Source: Octopus sinensis (Eukaryota). Taken from it: DNA of 64,000 nt. The notes beneath the pieces were generated by a model. The model made no database searches and was not told the DNA's origin. It worked only from the letters and a program-made list of their open reading frames with translations. The DNA lies in contig NC_043001.1 of assembly GCF_006345805.1 (NCBI RefSeq), forward strand, positions 60,884,001 to 60,948,000, written 5' to 3'. Position numbers and translations under genes: made by a program. Shown here piece after piece: positions 1-12,959 of the stretch; positions within the stretch are counted from its first letter, which is position 1, and each line of letters begins with the position of its first letter.

Positions 1-1364
1 TTGTTAAAGAGATTACTAAAGCACGTTGTGCAAAAACTAATACAGCTTTGTCAATCTCTATGAGAGGATTTGATATACTCAAAAAAAAAAAGACGTTGAC
101 ATTTATAAAACATTTTTAATGTATTACTGGAAACATCATTCAATTGAATAGCTTTTCCATGAGGTGACTGAAACGAATACATAATTTGAAATGAGAAGAC
201 AAAGGGTACCACAGTATTATTCTGTCAGTGTGTAATATCTCTGATTTTGAAGCTTTTCAGATCAAAATTCAGTTGAGGTGGTATGGCCTTGCATCACGGA
301 CGAGCGATGATAGGATTTTGAAGTCTTTTTTTAGAGAAACTTGAAAATACTTAGCGGAAAGTTGGTAGGCCAATACTATGATAGCAAAGACAAATGAATG
401 GAAACCCGAATCACATAAGTATGAACATACTTAACTGGGATGATGTTGCCAGCAGTCGAAGGAACTGTTGTTTTTCATCATATCATGTTGCGTGAAAATA
501 GAAACTAAATCACCAACATGTTTATTATTTTGAAATTATAATTGCTCTAATTGTGATTTTGCAGCCATCAAATGGCTGGCTTAACTGGCATAGTTGTCTC
601 CGGACTGCTCAAAATAATATAAATATATGTACCAGTTGTAATCATCTCTGTAAAATACTCGCACACCTAAATATACACCATATATACATTCACCAACAAG
701 AGTAAAGTAAGTTATATATAACTGTATAATAGCATGAGCGCCAAGCAGTGATTAGTTAAAATATGTTACATATTTTGACTTCACTATAGTTACTAGGGAG
801 AAAAAGAAATCCTCTTATAGTATAAGTGGTAAAAGCATAATACTTACCAGTTCTTCCCTCAATCAGATTACCAGACGGCCGTTTCTGGATCTTTAGTTTT
901 CATCAATTTGAAATATCGAAGAGATATAACCCTGTTCAGATTCAAAGCTGCAGCTCAAACTAAAGATCAGGCGTTTGAATAGCAAAAATCAGTCACCGAT
1001 GTTGTCAGTCTTTTTAGCTAAAGCTACGGCTTGGAATCTGCCAAGGGTTATGTTTCCTAAGAAAATACCATTCAATAAGGATAAAGTACCAGAAACGGTC
1101 GTCTTGAAATCCGATAGCGTAAAGCACAGGCGAATTATGTTTTGACATTTTACCATTAGAGAGAAATTAACTGTAATGTATTTGCTTTTAGAAGTTAAAG
1201 CAGGTCGCAAATATATTTCAGCTTAACTAAAGTACGTTCATACTTAGCTATGTTATAAATAATACGCATACAAAATGAAGATACATCTGCATAAATTAGA
1301 TAAAATTAATTTCTACGTAGATATATTGTGAATAACAAACATGAAATGAATACTACTTATGTAT

Positions 1365-1376
1365 ATATATATATAT

Positions 1377-1450
<74 letters not shown>

Positions 1451-1460
1451 CATATATATA
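1365..1460. repeat. (TA)n microsatellite, one of many similar arrays (e.g. 1691-1737, 13930-14009, 16735-16852, 28830-29070, 40270-40480, 58310-58420)
   Basis: Direct reading. These arrays produce the poly-YI ORFs in the track. Confidence 0.98.
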
Positions 1461-1688
1461 TGCACACACACTATTTAAAAGCAGCGGAAGTGTAAACAAG
1501 TAGTCACTCAGATTTTCACGTTCCCGTTCGTCGGAAATTTTGTTAACACAACTGTCCGACGAACGCAACGTGAAACTCTGAGTAACAGATTTTGTTATAT
1601 TTCTGCTGCAGTTAATATACATATTGCTCCACCTCTGGTATTTGAGTACAGCTTTTTTCTACCCTGTTTCACATTATGTGCTTGTTCT

Positions 1689-1737
<49 letters not shown>

Positions 1738-1739
<2 letters not shown>

Positions 1740-1929
1740 TGTACAGAGAATATTTACGAAACGCGAGAGAGCAGCTACAGAAACAAACAAGTTGAAGCAT
1801 CAGCGGCGAAAGAAAACAACAGGCAAGCAGAGGGCCGAGTCACCCTCTTTGTATGCAAGTTCTGTAGCAGAAGCTTCAATCATAGGAAGAATCAGCCATG
1901 AAAGAAGCTGCAAGAAAGGGAGTCCCTGA
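1738..1929 (+). mobile_element. 3' end of an RTE-type LINE (C-terminal zinc-finger-like region), frameshifted
   Basis: Two frames give FVCKFCSRSFNHR and IGRISHERSC, resembling the CxxC...IGLxSHxRxC/H end of RTE ORFs. The fragment starts directly after a (TA)n array. Confidence 0.6.
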
Positions 1930-1986
1930 TATGTTCGATTAAGTGAACTAAATTGACCGTCTACATAGACGAAAAGGCCCAATTAA

Positions 1987-2019
<33 letters not shown>

Positions 2020-2432
2020 CATATATATATAAATATATGTATGTATGTATGTATGTATAAATCGTTCTGCATTTTTATCAAATTACTACTCATGCGTTTT
2101 TGTAAATTTTTGAGGTGTTTCCAGTTTAACTGGTTGAATGTTGTTCTTTTATCATTTCTAGTTGGTAGGAATTATTTTGACTTCTTTACTAAAACTCTTA
2201 TATTGACTTTTACCGATGATTCCATCATATACATACATACACACACATACACATATATGTATGTATATAGATACATATACACACACATATATATATGTAT
2301 GTATATATATATATATATATATAATATATATATGTGTGTGTGTGTGTATGTGTGTGTCTAGAGCTACAAGTATATAGGTATATATGTATGCATATATGTA
2401 TGTTTATATGTATGTGTAGTGCATATTCTTAC

Positions 2433-2535
2433 ATGAACATGTGTACATTCATTTCTCTTTGTGCCAGTGTATCTTCTTCTATGTTTGTCAATCCCAGTGT
2501 AGTAGGATGGAATTCATTATATTGAATAATATATC
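2433..2535 (-). CDS. Candidate isolated coding exon, product unknown
   Basis: Minus strand: ttctatgcag| acceptor, 103 nt open in one frame only (YIIQYNEFHPTTLGLTNIEEDTLAQREMNVHMF), |gtaaga donor. No partner exons or homology recognised. Confidence 0.3.
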
Positions 2536-3289
2536 CTGCATAGAACGAGTGAAATAAAATACATAGCAGCCACATTTGCGTTTGGCAAATATTCTCTGTA
2601 CACGATTTATTGATTTTGTTTTCACACCAACACTTAATTATCTAGCAGAAGAAGTGTCCTCTGATATCCCGAGGTAGAAAAAATATCAATGACCTTCGCA
2701 GATTCTAGCATGAGTCATAGAAATCACTGTATGATAATTTCCGTCAATGCACTATAAATATACTGACTGAGTGCGTGTGTGCAGATGTGTGTATGCACAA
2801 ATGTATTTTTGTTTACGTGTAATGTAGTCTAGGGATGGGTATCTTATAAGAACTACTATGGTAGCAATGCCTTAGCCTGCGCAAATTTATATGTAATTCT
2901 ATTTTCTGCTTCTTAGTAATTTCATTTGTATATGCAGTCAAATATTCTATATTTGGTATTTATACTTGAGTTCTATAAAACCTTAAATATGCGTGAACAT
3001 ATTCTAAAATTCCAATATAGCATGGAAACAAAATAATTTGATGTAGTAAATTATATTTAAATGTGTAAGGTATAACATGATCGTGGTGAGTAAAGCGCAA
3101 CCTTTTATTGAAATGAGATTGTAGGTATTTTATAAAACATGAGGGAAATAACGAGTATGAAAATAAATTATATTACCCTTTCTGTGCGAAAGTATATTTA
3201 TCTCCGCATTTATATATATATAAACATACACTGAAGAAAGTCTAAGATTAAATATCAAATCGGTGATTTTATATCAGTTCGAATAGAGG

Positions 3290-3485
3290 CACGAGGCTTG
3301 AAATTTTGGGTAAAGATGCTAGTCAATTACATCGAACTGTGCTTAATTGGTACTTCTTTCATCGACTCCGAAATAATGAAACGTTCAGTCGACCTCAGGG
3401 AAATTTGAACTCAACGTAAAAACGGGCGAAATGCCGTTAAGCATTGAGTCCAGAGTGCTAACGGTTCTGCCAGTTCACCGCCTTT
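3290..3485 (-). mobile_element. tRNA-derived SINE, family B
   Basis: Reverse complement reads aggcggtgaactggcagaaccgttagca...gagttcaaatttccctgaggtcgact...; homologous to copies at 20757-21177, 32658-32832 and 43018-43240. Confidence 0.75.
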
Positions 3486-4427
3486 AAATGATTATATTAT
3501 ATTGAACTTCTGATAATTGTTTAAAAAATAGATGCTCCTTGTTCGAATTGTTCGAATACTGTATGAGGTTATATATATATAAGAATTGGAATGGAATATA
3601 TTATTGTGGCTAAAATAAGCATAATGAAATATTAAAAGCGCAGAATATGTTCAAACATATGCGGAGTATTACTGATGATGAAACTGATAAAAATGCCCCA
3701 CAATGTCATGCATGTGTCGATAATGAAAGAAATTTGGCAATTATATATATTATGTCACCCTTAATTTTAAATTGAATTATTTCAGATATATTTATGTCGT
3801 GTGTAGTTTTACGTGATTCCTATTTAAAAGAAAAGGAATGAAAATTATATAAACAAAAGTTAAACACTACATTTTAAATTATATTATTATATTAGATATT
3901 ATTTTTAACTATTATTCTCGAAAGATAATATTCTCATAGATAAGGGTGTTTACACAAATAATCCACTTAGACATTGCGGACTGCATTTACAGAAATTGAA
4001 AAACATCGCATTTGTGAACAAAACTAGCATGCAAATAAACTAGAAATGACGATGCTCATACTGTTACATGTCAAAATATGTATATGTTGCTGTTATTTTC
4101 CCCCGCTGAGCAACGCTAAGTGATGTTCCATATTTGAAATATATGTTAAGATGGTACAAGGCAGAGTTCTTGAATCTTAAGTCAAGCGGTGGCAAACCGG
4201 AAGTATGCATTAATATTTGCTTATGTTTATGGTTATTAAAAAACGTGTGAGAGTCGCAATTTGACTACTTACCCACCAGTATAAGAGACATCACAATGTA
4301 TTCCGGTTTTGCTTCAGCCTTAATTATATACATATACATAAATACATACGTACCTACATATACATATAGATAGATAGACAGACAGGCAGGCAGGCAATAA
4401 GCATAATGTGAGAAAGATAGATAGATA

Positions 4428-4556
<129 letters not shown>

Positions 4557-4825
4557 GTTTATTTATTAATTCATGAAAGAATATGAGGATAAAAATCACG
4601 AATTGATTATTCTTTACTTTTATATATAAATCACGTTAGTGATTTTTATCAAGTAGTCAGTCACGTGCATATTTAGCTGGAGCTTTTGGTAGCTTTTTGA
4701 AGGTATCAGCAATTAAAGCATGCTGGAGACAAGTCGTTTTAGCCCTATCACTCTTGATATAATTATATATAGACATACACGCACACACATACACACACAC
4801 ACACACACATTTATATGTATATATT

Positions 4826-5202
4826 TTGTGGTTGTATGGTAAGAGGTTTGCTTCCCAGTCACATGGTTCCGGGTTCAATCCCACTGCGTGGCACCTTGGC
4901 CACGTGTCTTCTATAGCTTCGGGCCGACCAAAGCATTGTGAATGGATTTGGTTGAGGGAAATTGAAAGAAGCCCGTCGTTTATACATATATATGTACGTG
5001 TATGTCTTAGTTGTCACCCACTATTGCTTGACAACAAATGCTGGAGTGTTTATGTCTCCGTAATATTTGGCATTTCTGCAAAAGAGACCGATAGAATAAG
5101 TACTAGAGTTACAAAGAATAAGGCCTGGGTCGGGTTCTTTGATTAAAACCCTTTAAGGCGGTGCTCCTGCATGACTGCAGTCAAGTGTTGTGAAACAAGT
5201 AA
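4826..5202 (+). mobile_element. tRNA-derived SINE, family A, near full length
   Basis: A-box-like tggtaagag, B-box-like gggttcaatccc, body gggccgaccaaagc...gaaagaagcccgtcg, internal microsatellite, 3' part gaccgatagaataagtact...gaaacaagtaa. About 10 further copies in the window. Confidence 0.85.
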
Positions 5203-5449
5203 CACACACACGCACGCTGACATACACATCCACACTCACATATACATGTGCGTATATGTTTGACAACTTATACATTCACGTTATATCAATAATTGGATAC
5301 AATTTATCTAATCGTTGCTGAATTGATTATTCTTTACTTTTATATATATAACTTATAAACATCAATTGTTAATTCCTTATTTTACAGTATTGATAATGTA
5401 TGGTGAAAAAGTTGCAATTATAGCAATTTGACACTGTGGAAATAGGGGG

Positions 5450-6200
5450 CTAAATGTAAAAGTAATTAATGAGATAGATATCTCAGGGACTGTCAACAAA
5501 CATGTAGCTCAAAGATTGTTCAAACTTTTCAAAGCTCATACCAGCCTCGACGACAAATCACGATAGGACTGACCTTCTGTCGTGGAAGATGCGGCTTCCT
5601 TGAAATGAGTTCAACAACAGCCAAGCACGATCACTCGCACATTGTCGGCCGAAATTGGTCCGCTACAAGGTGCCATTAATTGACACCTAATATAATTTCA
5701 GCCTTGCGAACAGACAGTGTCGTGAAGCTCGTCGCAAGCGGCTCGAGTAGCAGGCTCATCGACGTACAAACATTTACAGACACCTGCTGGGAAATATTCG
5801 AGATTTTGGAGTCGAATTGTATCTAGGGATTAAAAATGTATTTAATTTCGTAATCCTAATAAGAGAAATCAGTGGGTGTTCTCCTAGATGGTCATGCTCT
5901 GGCGGCTAACCTTTAAATTCAGCAACTTTAGAAAGTGTATGATACTTTAGAAGCCTACTATCTTGCACCGGTCAATCAAAGACGTGCACTCCTACAACAA
6001 GACAATGTCACAGCACATATTGACAGTGTGACTAAGTTCACTCTGTTTCCAGACCAGACGGCTTTTGCACCATCTGGCAACCACATTTTCCGAGTCATAG
6101 GTCATTTCTTTCACGGGTACGATTTAAAATGAGTGCAAGGCGTGTATCATTTCAAAGCCAGGTAAATAGTAGAATTGAGTTTCTGACACAGCGTTGGCAA
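5450..6200 (+). mobile_element. Degenerate mariner transposase relic
   Basis: ORF 5935-6132 contains LLQQDNVTAH and APSGNHIFRVIGHFFHG, matching the mariner LLHDNARPH and (YSPDL)APSDYHLFRSL motifs. Confidence 0.65.
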
Positions 6201-6569
6201 CACTCATTAAACAAGGATGGTATCAATTTGATGAATAAACACTTTTTGTACGTAATTTGTGTGAACTATCAATTAAAGACTGAAATACATTATTTTTTAA
6301 ACTGAACCTTCTATGTATGTATGTATGCATGCATGTATGTATATAGTATTTGAGTGTGTGTGAGTGTGTGTGTGTGTGTATGTGTGTGTGTGTGTGTGTG
6401 TGTGCATTTTGCGCTGCGTTTATATTCCTCTTAAGAGTGTTCACAAGCTTGTTGCAAAGAAAGCAACAACAATTTTTGAGTTGATTGTGCTGAATATATA
6501 TGGTTGTGTTGATGCGATTGTTGAACTATCGATGGACACATTCTTGTGTGTGCATCTAGTCACCTAAAG

Positions 6570-9530
6570 AGTCTCGGTTAAAGAAACTTTAGAATGCCTT
6601 ACAGATCTTCAATGTGGCGATACTAAATTGGATTTGAAGAACGTGCGTCATTTACTTTTGCTATTCGCAAAACCTAATATATCTAGGTATTTATTTAAAA
6701 CTATAGGTACATAGTCTGATGCAGCTTTGATGATAGGTATACATGAAAATCTGTTGTCAAGATAAAGAGATGTAAGTTTCACAGTTTTTCACCATAAATT
6801 TATTCTTTTCCCTGTACTTTTGAAGGTACACTGATATCCGCTGAGTAGCTGACTTCTATGACAGTGCATGACATTAGTTTCCTATCCTACGGAACAATAT
6901 CAGTTCTCTTGTGTTTGCAACAAAATTGTTGCGTTTACTGAAGTGTTCCACTATCATTCTTACGTTTTGAAAGTGTGCAAACATTCTAGGTGAGACTTGC
7001 CATTGATGTATACGTCAGGGCATTAATTGCTGCGGGGAACATTGTAAATTGCCTTTACTACTAATGCCTTAGTAGTAGGTAGTATCTCTTAGGCATTTTG
7101 GTAAGCTGCTGATATCTTTCACAATGGTATGACATAACTGATATTTTTCTACTGCAACGTTCAGGTTTGGTGGCTTATTTGTCAATCTCTCATTTATCAA
7201 GTATTCAGTAGCTATCTCCAGTTCCTAGATAGCACTGGTGGAATGTAATGTATCTATCATGTGTCCAGGACATGCTACTCCTCCTGCCAATACTGCTGTT
7301 ATCTACAAGCTTAAGATATATGTGTACTTGCATTGGGTTTTGCTTGTGTGATATCTGCTCCTCCTCCAATATAAAGTTCAAAGGCTGTCTGGACTGGCCC
7401 TATGTCTCTGTCACCAGCTCTGCCGCTCATGTAAATCCTATCGGTTTCGTTGTTCATGTAAATTTGCCACTATGGGTCATCATCTTTCTAGTTTTGATGT
7501 CAAGGTTGCAGATTTCCTCATGTGTCCAGGCCAATATCCCAAATGTTGGTGCCAGCACTTGCACTGCAAAAAGATTGTGAGATATGGTCTCAGACAGCTC
7601 TGAGTTCGATATTTTCCGGGGCTGGCTTCAATCACTGCACCAACCTATACAACATGCTCATAGATTCCGAGATACTTATAATTTTCTTAATAACAAACGA
7701 TAAACAAAATATTGAGGCACATGTTCTCTTTTAGATCGGCAATCTTTCTTCGTTTGACTATCTTGTATGAGAATTTCTTTTGACCAAACTCCATTTTTAT
7801 GTCCTGTGAGTCATAAGAATGGAGTTTGGGCAAGTTCTGAGTAATTTCTATTGTCTCTTGGGCTTGCTCGTTTTACCAGAATATATATTTAGGTCATTAA
7901 CAAAAAATTACGAGTAACATTAATTTTATAATTTTCTGAATATTCCATCATGTTCATATGATGTTAATAGACTAACAAGGGGTTCACTGCCATTAAGAAC
8001 AGCTTTACAGATAGACTATCACTATGCAATATGTCTGCTGATAACTTAATTTTGTTTGTGACTGCAAGTGTTGCTTTTGAAGTTGTCAGTGATAACTATA
8101 TGAACCACAACATCTGTGCACCGTGTTGTGGAATTCAATATAGCAGCTCATACACTGGCACCTTGTAGTAATTCTAAAAATCATAAGTGAGGGACAGAGT
8201 TGAGCCATATTAAGAAATTGTGGCGATGTTGCTTGGCTTCCTTAAGGACAGTATTGTTATGGATGAGCTGTTCAAAATAGCCCTAGACACATTTCTTTCC
8301 CCATTCTTGTTCGTCTATTATAACAGCATTTGTTTGAAGAAACTTATTCAACCAACGTATGTACAGTTTGTACATACCTTTCAAGCATGCTATTGGCATG
8401 TAGCATGGGCTATATAAGCCTCTTTGTTCATGAGAAAAAGAGTGGCCCATGCAACCGTCAACCATCCTGATATGTCTATCCAAATCTCTATTGTGCTTGC
8501 AAACAAAGTCGTGAGAAATTACCTGTAACACGTGAGCTTTTTGTACCATTAGCCTACTATCAGGCATCTCCCAGGTGATTTTTTCCCTTCGGCAGTTTCA
8601 TAATAATTGTCAGGAGTGATTCACTGGTGATATTATATATTTTGGGAGAGAGATTATTCAATACTCACTTCGTAGCTCTTATAACCACGCTGCATTGCGA
8701 CTGCTTATATCCGAGAATCCCTCCACAGTGCCTCTACAAGCTCCTGTAGAGGAGTATTTATTACCATGGTGGAATCACTTTTATATATGCAGTTACAAAC
8801 CGTTTCCGGTAAATTTTCGGTTTATCGTGTTCCGTTCAGGTAACGTTTACAGTTATGAAGTTTTTTACTTACTGCTTGTAGATCATGTTTGAGAACGACC
8901 AGTTTGTTTGAATGTTTCAGAGCAGCAATTCACATACATTTTTGAAAGCCTGTCATGCAGTCGTAATTGGTGGTTCATAAATTCAATGTTAACCTTTGCA
9001 TTTGCTGATAGAGTCCAATTTTCCAATCTTTCCTGAGCCATTTCATGTTGTTTTGGATGTGGTGTAGTCCATTTCGTTCAGTGATATCTTTAGGACCGGG
9101 CTCTTTTATTCCCACCTCTTGCTGTACAGTCACTGTGGAAGGATATAGCACAACGTTTATGTTGCATGCATGTATATGTATGTAGGTTTGTATGTATATG
9201 TATATGTTTGTATATATGCATGCATGAATGTATATGTGTATGTATGTGTGTGTATATATGTGTGACTGTGTGCGTATGTGTGTGTGTGAGTGTGTGTGTT
9301 TATATATGTCTTATATATTTCTTGTGAGCATTTGCTCACATCGTCAGTGATGATTCTTGAGGTCGTTACTTCTTTCGGGTTTTCGGCAACCAAACAACCT
9401 CATCCACACGAGTCGGTTAAAGTTACCAAATCCCAATTTCTGTCAAGTTTGCGCTCTCCCAGTTTGCACTACTTCAATTTGGCTCACACTTGTTAAAGAT
9501 ACATCATAAAGCAACCAATGTCCAGCATGC
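6570..9530 (-). mobile_element. Degenerate R4/Dong-like non-LTR retrotransposon (RT plus C-terminal restriction-like endonuclease region)
   Basis: Minus-strand fragments: MPIACLKGMYKL (RPITCL motif), EQLIHNNTVLKE, APTFGILAWTHEEICNLDIKTRKMMTHSG (YSFGIINWT...LDRKTRKLLT motif). Many stops and frameshifts; microsatellite interruption at about 9160-9310. Confidence 0.75.
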
Positions 9531-11419
9531 TGTATATCGGCAGTAGGACTTGCTTACGAAATCTCTGTATCTTATCTCAGATAGATCACACCTTCTGCAC
9601 AACACTCTTAGAATATTTTGGCCTCCTTTCTTTTATTTACGTCTATAGTACTATTGTTCCCTTAAATAATGGTGATTGTAGATGAAATGCCAGAATGAAC
9701 GCTTACTAGATCGCTACACTATTTTTCAATGTTAAGGCAAAACTAAGAAGGGAATTTCAGGTGCTTTCCCTGGACAAATTTCACTACACATTTTGCGCCT
9801 GAAATGAGTGATCGGGAATGTAGCTTCATCTACATATCAATCACAAGACAAGCGATAGTAGTCTTCAATGTGCAGAAGCTCTTACAAAAGGATCAGCTCT
9901 AATATCAAGATTTGGTTGAGAGGTCAACGGTATCGCTTCTCGCTTCGGGTATACGAACGTTTCCGCTAATCTTATTGATTCCTCTTCTTATTCCTGTGAA
10001 ATACGTTTTTTCGTCAGTCATATAAATTTATTTTTATAGCTTCCGTCTACATATATCCCTTTAAAATATATAGAACTGATTAATTTGAACTTATATGAAA
10101 ATAACCCGACTTCATCCCTTGCCCTGTAGCTGCCTTCAATTTCCATATCTCTAACACCGATCAAGTTTTTTTATTTATTTAACAATTTCTTCTTCTGTCC
10201 CAGTGGAATAACACTTAATCATCGTTAAGTGTTATTCTAATCAGTAAGAAAGCCATTCAGCCTATTTTGTCATGGAGAAGATATCTCATTCCAGATAGGT
10301 TGGTGTAAACATACCGAATCTTTGTGAAGCGCTCCCTAACTAGACAGGTCGATTCATGTTTAGCTGAAAGGTTGTGTCTCTGGGACTTTTGATACAAATT
10401 CTTGCTTGTCATGTGTTGCAATTAAAATGAAGAAATTAATAACAAAAACGAGCTTTCGATTAACATTAACACTTTATTCCTCAGCTAAATGAAATTATTC
10501 AGCGAACCCGATAAATACATATCAAAGGAAATAGGAACTGCAGAAAATCATTCATATATGGTTTTTCTTAGTTAACACCTGCTTAGGTAACACCTGCTTC
10601 AACAGGAACGAAAATAGAATGACGTGGTTTCCTGCAAACAAACTCTCTCTGTCTCTCTCTATTTCTCTCTCTTTCTCTCTCTCTCTCTCTCTATCTCTCT
10701 CGTCTCACTGGGGAAAATGAAAAACATCACATTAACAAAATGAGGCACAAATCCACATTTTTTATTTGACGCGTCTGGTGGTCTGTTGTGGAACGCGATT
10801 GGGTACTAACTTTGTATCCCGCATAAAACGAGACTAATCCAGATGCTTGACACGAGAAAGTATTTCAACGCCAGAGGACTGATCGCATAATCAATCGTTT
10901 GAGATTTATGCCTGGAGTTAATTTCCAAGCATTTAAGTCTAAACATGAAATTATAAAATTAGTCTCGCTACATATGCAGGACGGAGTGGATATCACCTTT
11001 TCAGGACCAGAAATCAGAAAGGCAAACGCTGCAAACTCTCTACAACCAGATATTCTCTCCATGGCAAAATATAGTGGATGGCCTTCTTAAAGGTTCGACT
11101 ATATTTGAAGCGTATTTGAACTGGTAAGAAATTTGTATTTATATACATCACTACTTACCGCTCTCCAACGGTATTTTCTTTACGGCTAGCCGCCGACTAA
11201 CACAACCATTGTACGATGACGGGAAGAATATAAGAAGGACTTGTCTCTTGTCACCTCACATACATACATATAGATAGATAGATAAATAGCTAGATAGGTA
11301 GATAGATATACATATACAAATGTATACGTGTATGGGTATATGTGTCTGTGAGTCTACATTTGTGTGTGTGTGAGTGAGGGAGAGAGACGAGTGTGTGTGC
11401 GTGTGAGTGAGGGAGAGAG

Positions 11420-11486
<67 letters not shown>

Positions 11487-11974
11487 GTGTGTGTGTAAAT
11501 GCTGCGTGCCTACTGCACATCAGAGTGGATGGTTTTTGAAATTAAGACGTCTGAGAGAATGCCAATATTCATATGATAAATATTTGATTTCTGATTCTCT
11601 TCTTCCCTTAACCATTACTATGGTTATGTTAGTTTATTTATATATTTATACAAACATATTTTTATATATTTACATATGTTTACAAAACCATAGAAACATA
11701 CACACTCATTCACACACACATATTAGATTATGTTTTTATTTCATATAATCTTAATTTTCATAGTAGTATAATTATAAAAGTGTTCACAAGTGTACATATT
11801 ATTGAAGTTATACATTTTTTCCCACTTTTCATTTCCAACGCGAGATGCTACATGTTTCCTCATGAAATTATTATGTGAAACTTTGGGTGCCTCTTTTTTC
11901 AGCCAGTGAATTTTAATCTATAATTTCTATTCTGTTCACCATATATTAATACGGTTCTCCAGAAATTTGCAGTG

Positions 11975-12015
<41 letters not shown>

Positions 12016-12959
12016 CATGTGTTTGTGTTTGAGTGTGTCTGTGTGTCTGTATGTGTGTTTGTATGTATATGCCTGTGTCTATCTCTGTGAATTTATCTCT
12101 ACTTATGTCGATGGTCTTTGTTCTGTAAACACCTGCCAAAGCTTTGTGTTTTCATTTTCGTATATGCCTTTATTATGAAACTTCATACATACTGTGAGCT
12201 TGAATCCCTGCAGCACATCAGAAATTCGACAGATGTGTAACGCAACTTATCCCTCTATATATTTCGAATGGAATATACAAGAAAAAATTTTAAACGATTT
12301 TTTTAATAACAGCTACGTTAAATTATTACTTCCCAAAATGTTTAGGACGCTGAGTTACACGTGGAATGCGATTGAAATCAAACAAATTTTCTTCTATAAC
12401 CGAAATTTATATCAAATAATGTGTTATATATTGTATTTGAATTATCTATTTCTATCTTCCTCTACTTCTCTCTTTCTTTCCCTCTCTCTTTCTCCCCTCT
12501 CTCTTTCTCTCCCCTCTCTTTCTCAAACTCTCCTCACTAAAATTATTTTCCTCCCTGTCTTACAATATTTGCATATAAATATATATGTGTATGTGTGCGT
12601 CTTTATTGTATGGAATCTTAATCAAAGCAATAAAATGTTTATAGATTGAATATTTTAAATATTTACAGAGAGAATAAAATTAAGTTGCTACTAGGATGAG
12701 TCCGGCACAGTCTTTGGGTGTTTGTGATGGGCTATTTTCTGAAAGTATCTTCGAGAAGACAGTCCAAATGAAATTATCGAAGTTACAGTCACATATTTCC
12801 TTTTAAAAAAATTCACATATGTATATATGTATATGTTATATAGGCATACAGATATGTATATATACTTATATCTCTGTATAGCTAAAACTGTGTATGTATG
12901 TGCATGTATATAGAAACCCGAGGCATATGAAAATGACACAAACCACTTCATCACAGCGC

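Noticed and set aside
840-850. ATACTTACC resembling the U1 snRNA 5' end
   Set aside because: Downstream sequence does not match U1; better read as a minus-strand donor-like motif.
3672-3686. CTGATGATGAAAC
   Set aside because: No stem II or stem I and no associated element.
4826-4900. tRNA gene
   Set aside because: A/B-box-like motifs continue into a SINE body repeated many times; no full cloverleaf.
10447-10490. Minus-strand CTGAGGA...GAAAGCTC hammerhead-like pair
   Set aside because: No convincing stem I or stem II; such word pairs are expected by chance in 128 kb of both strands.
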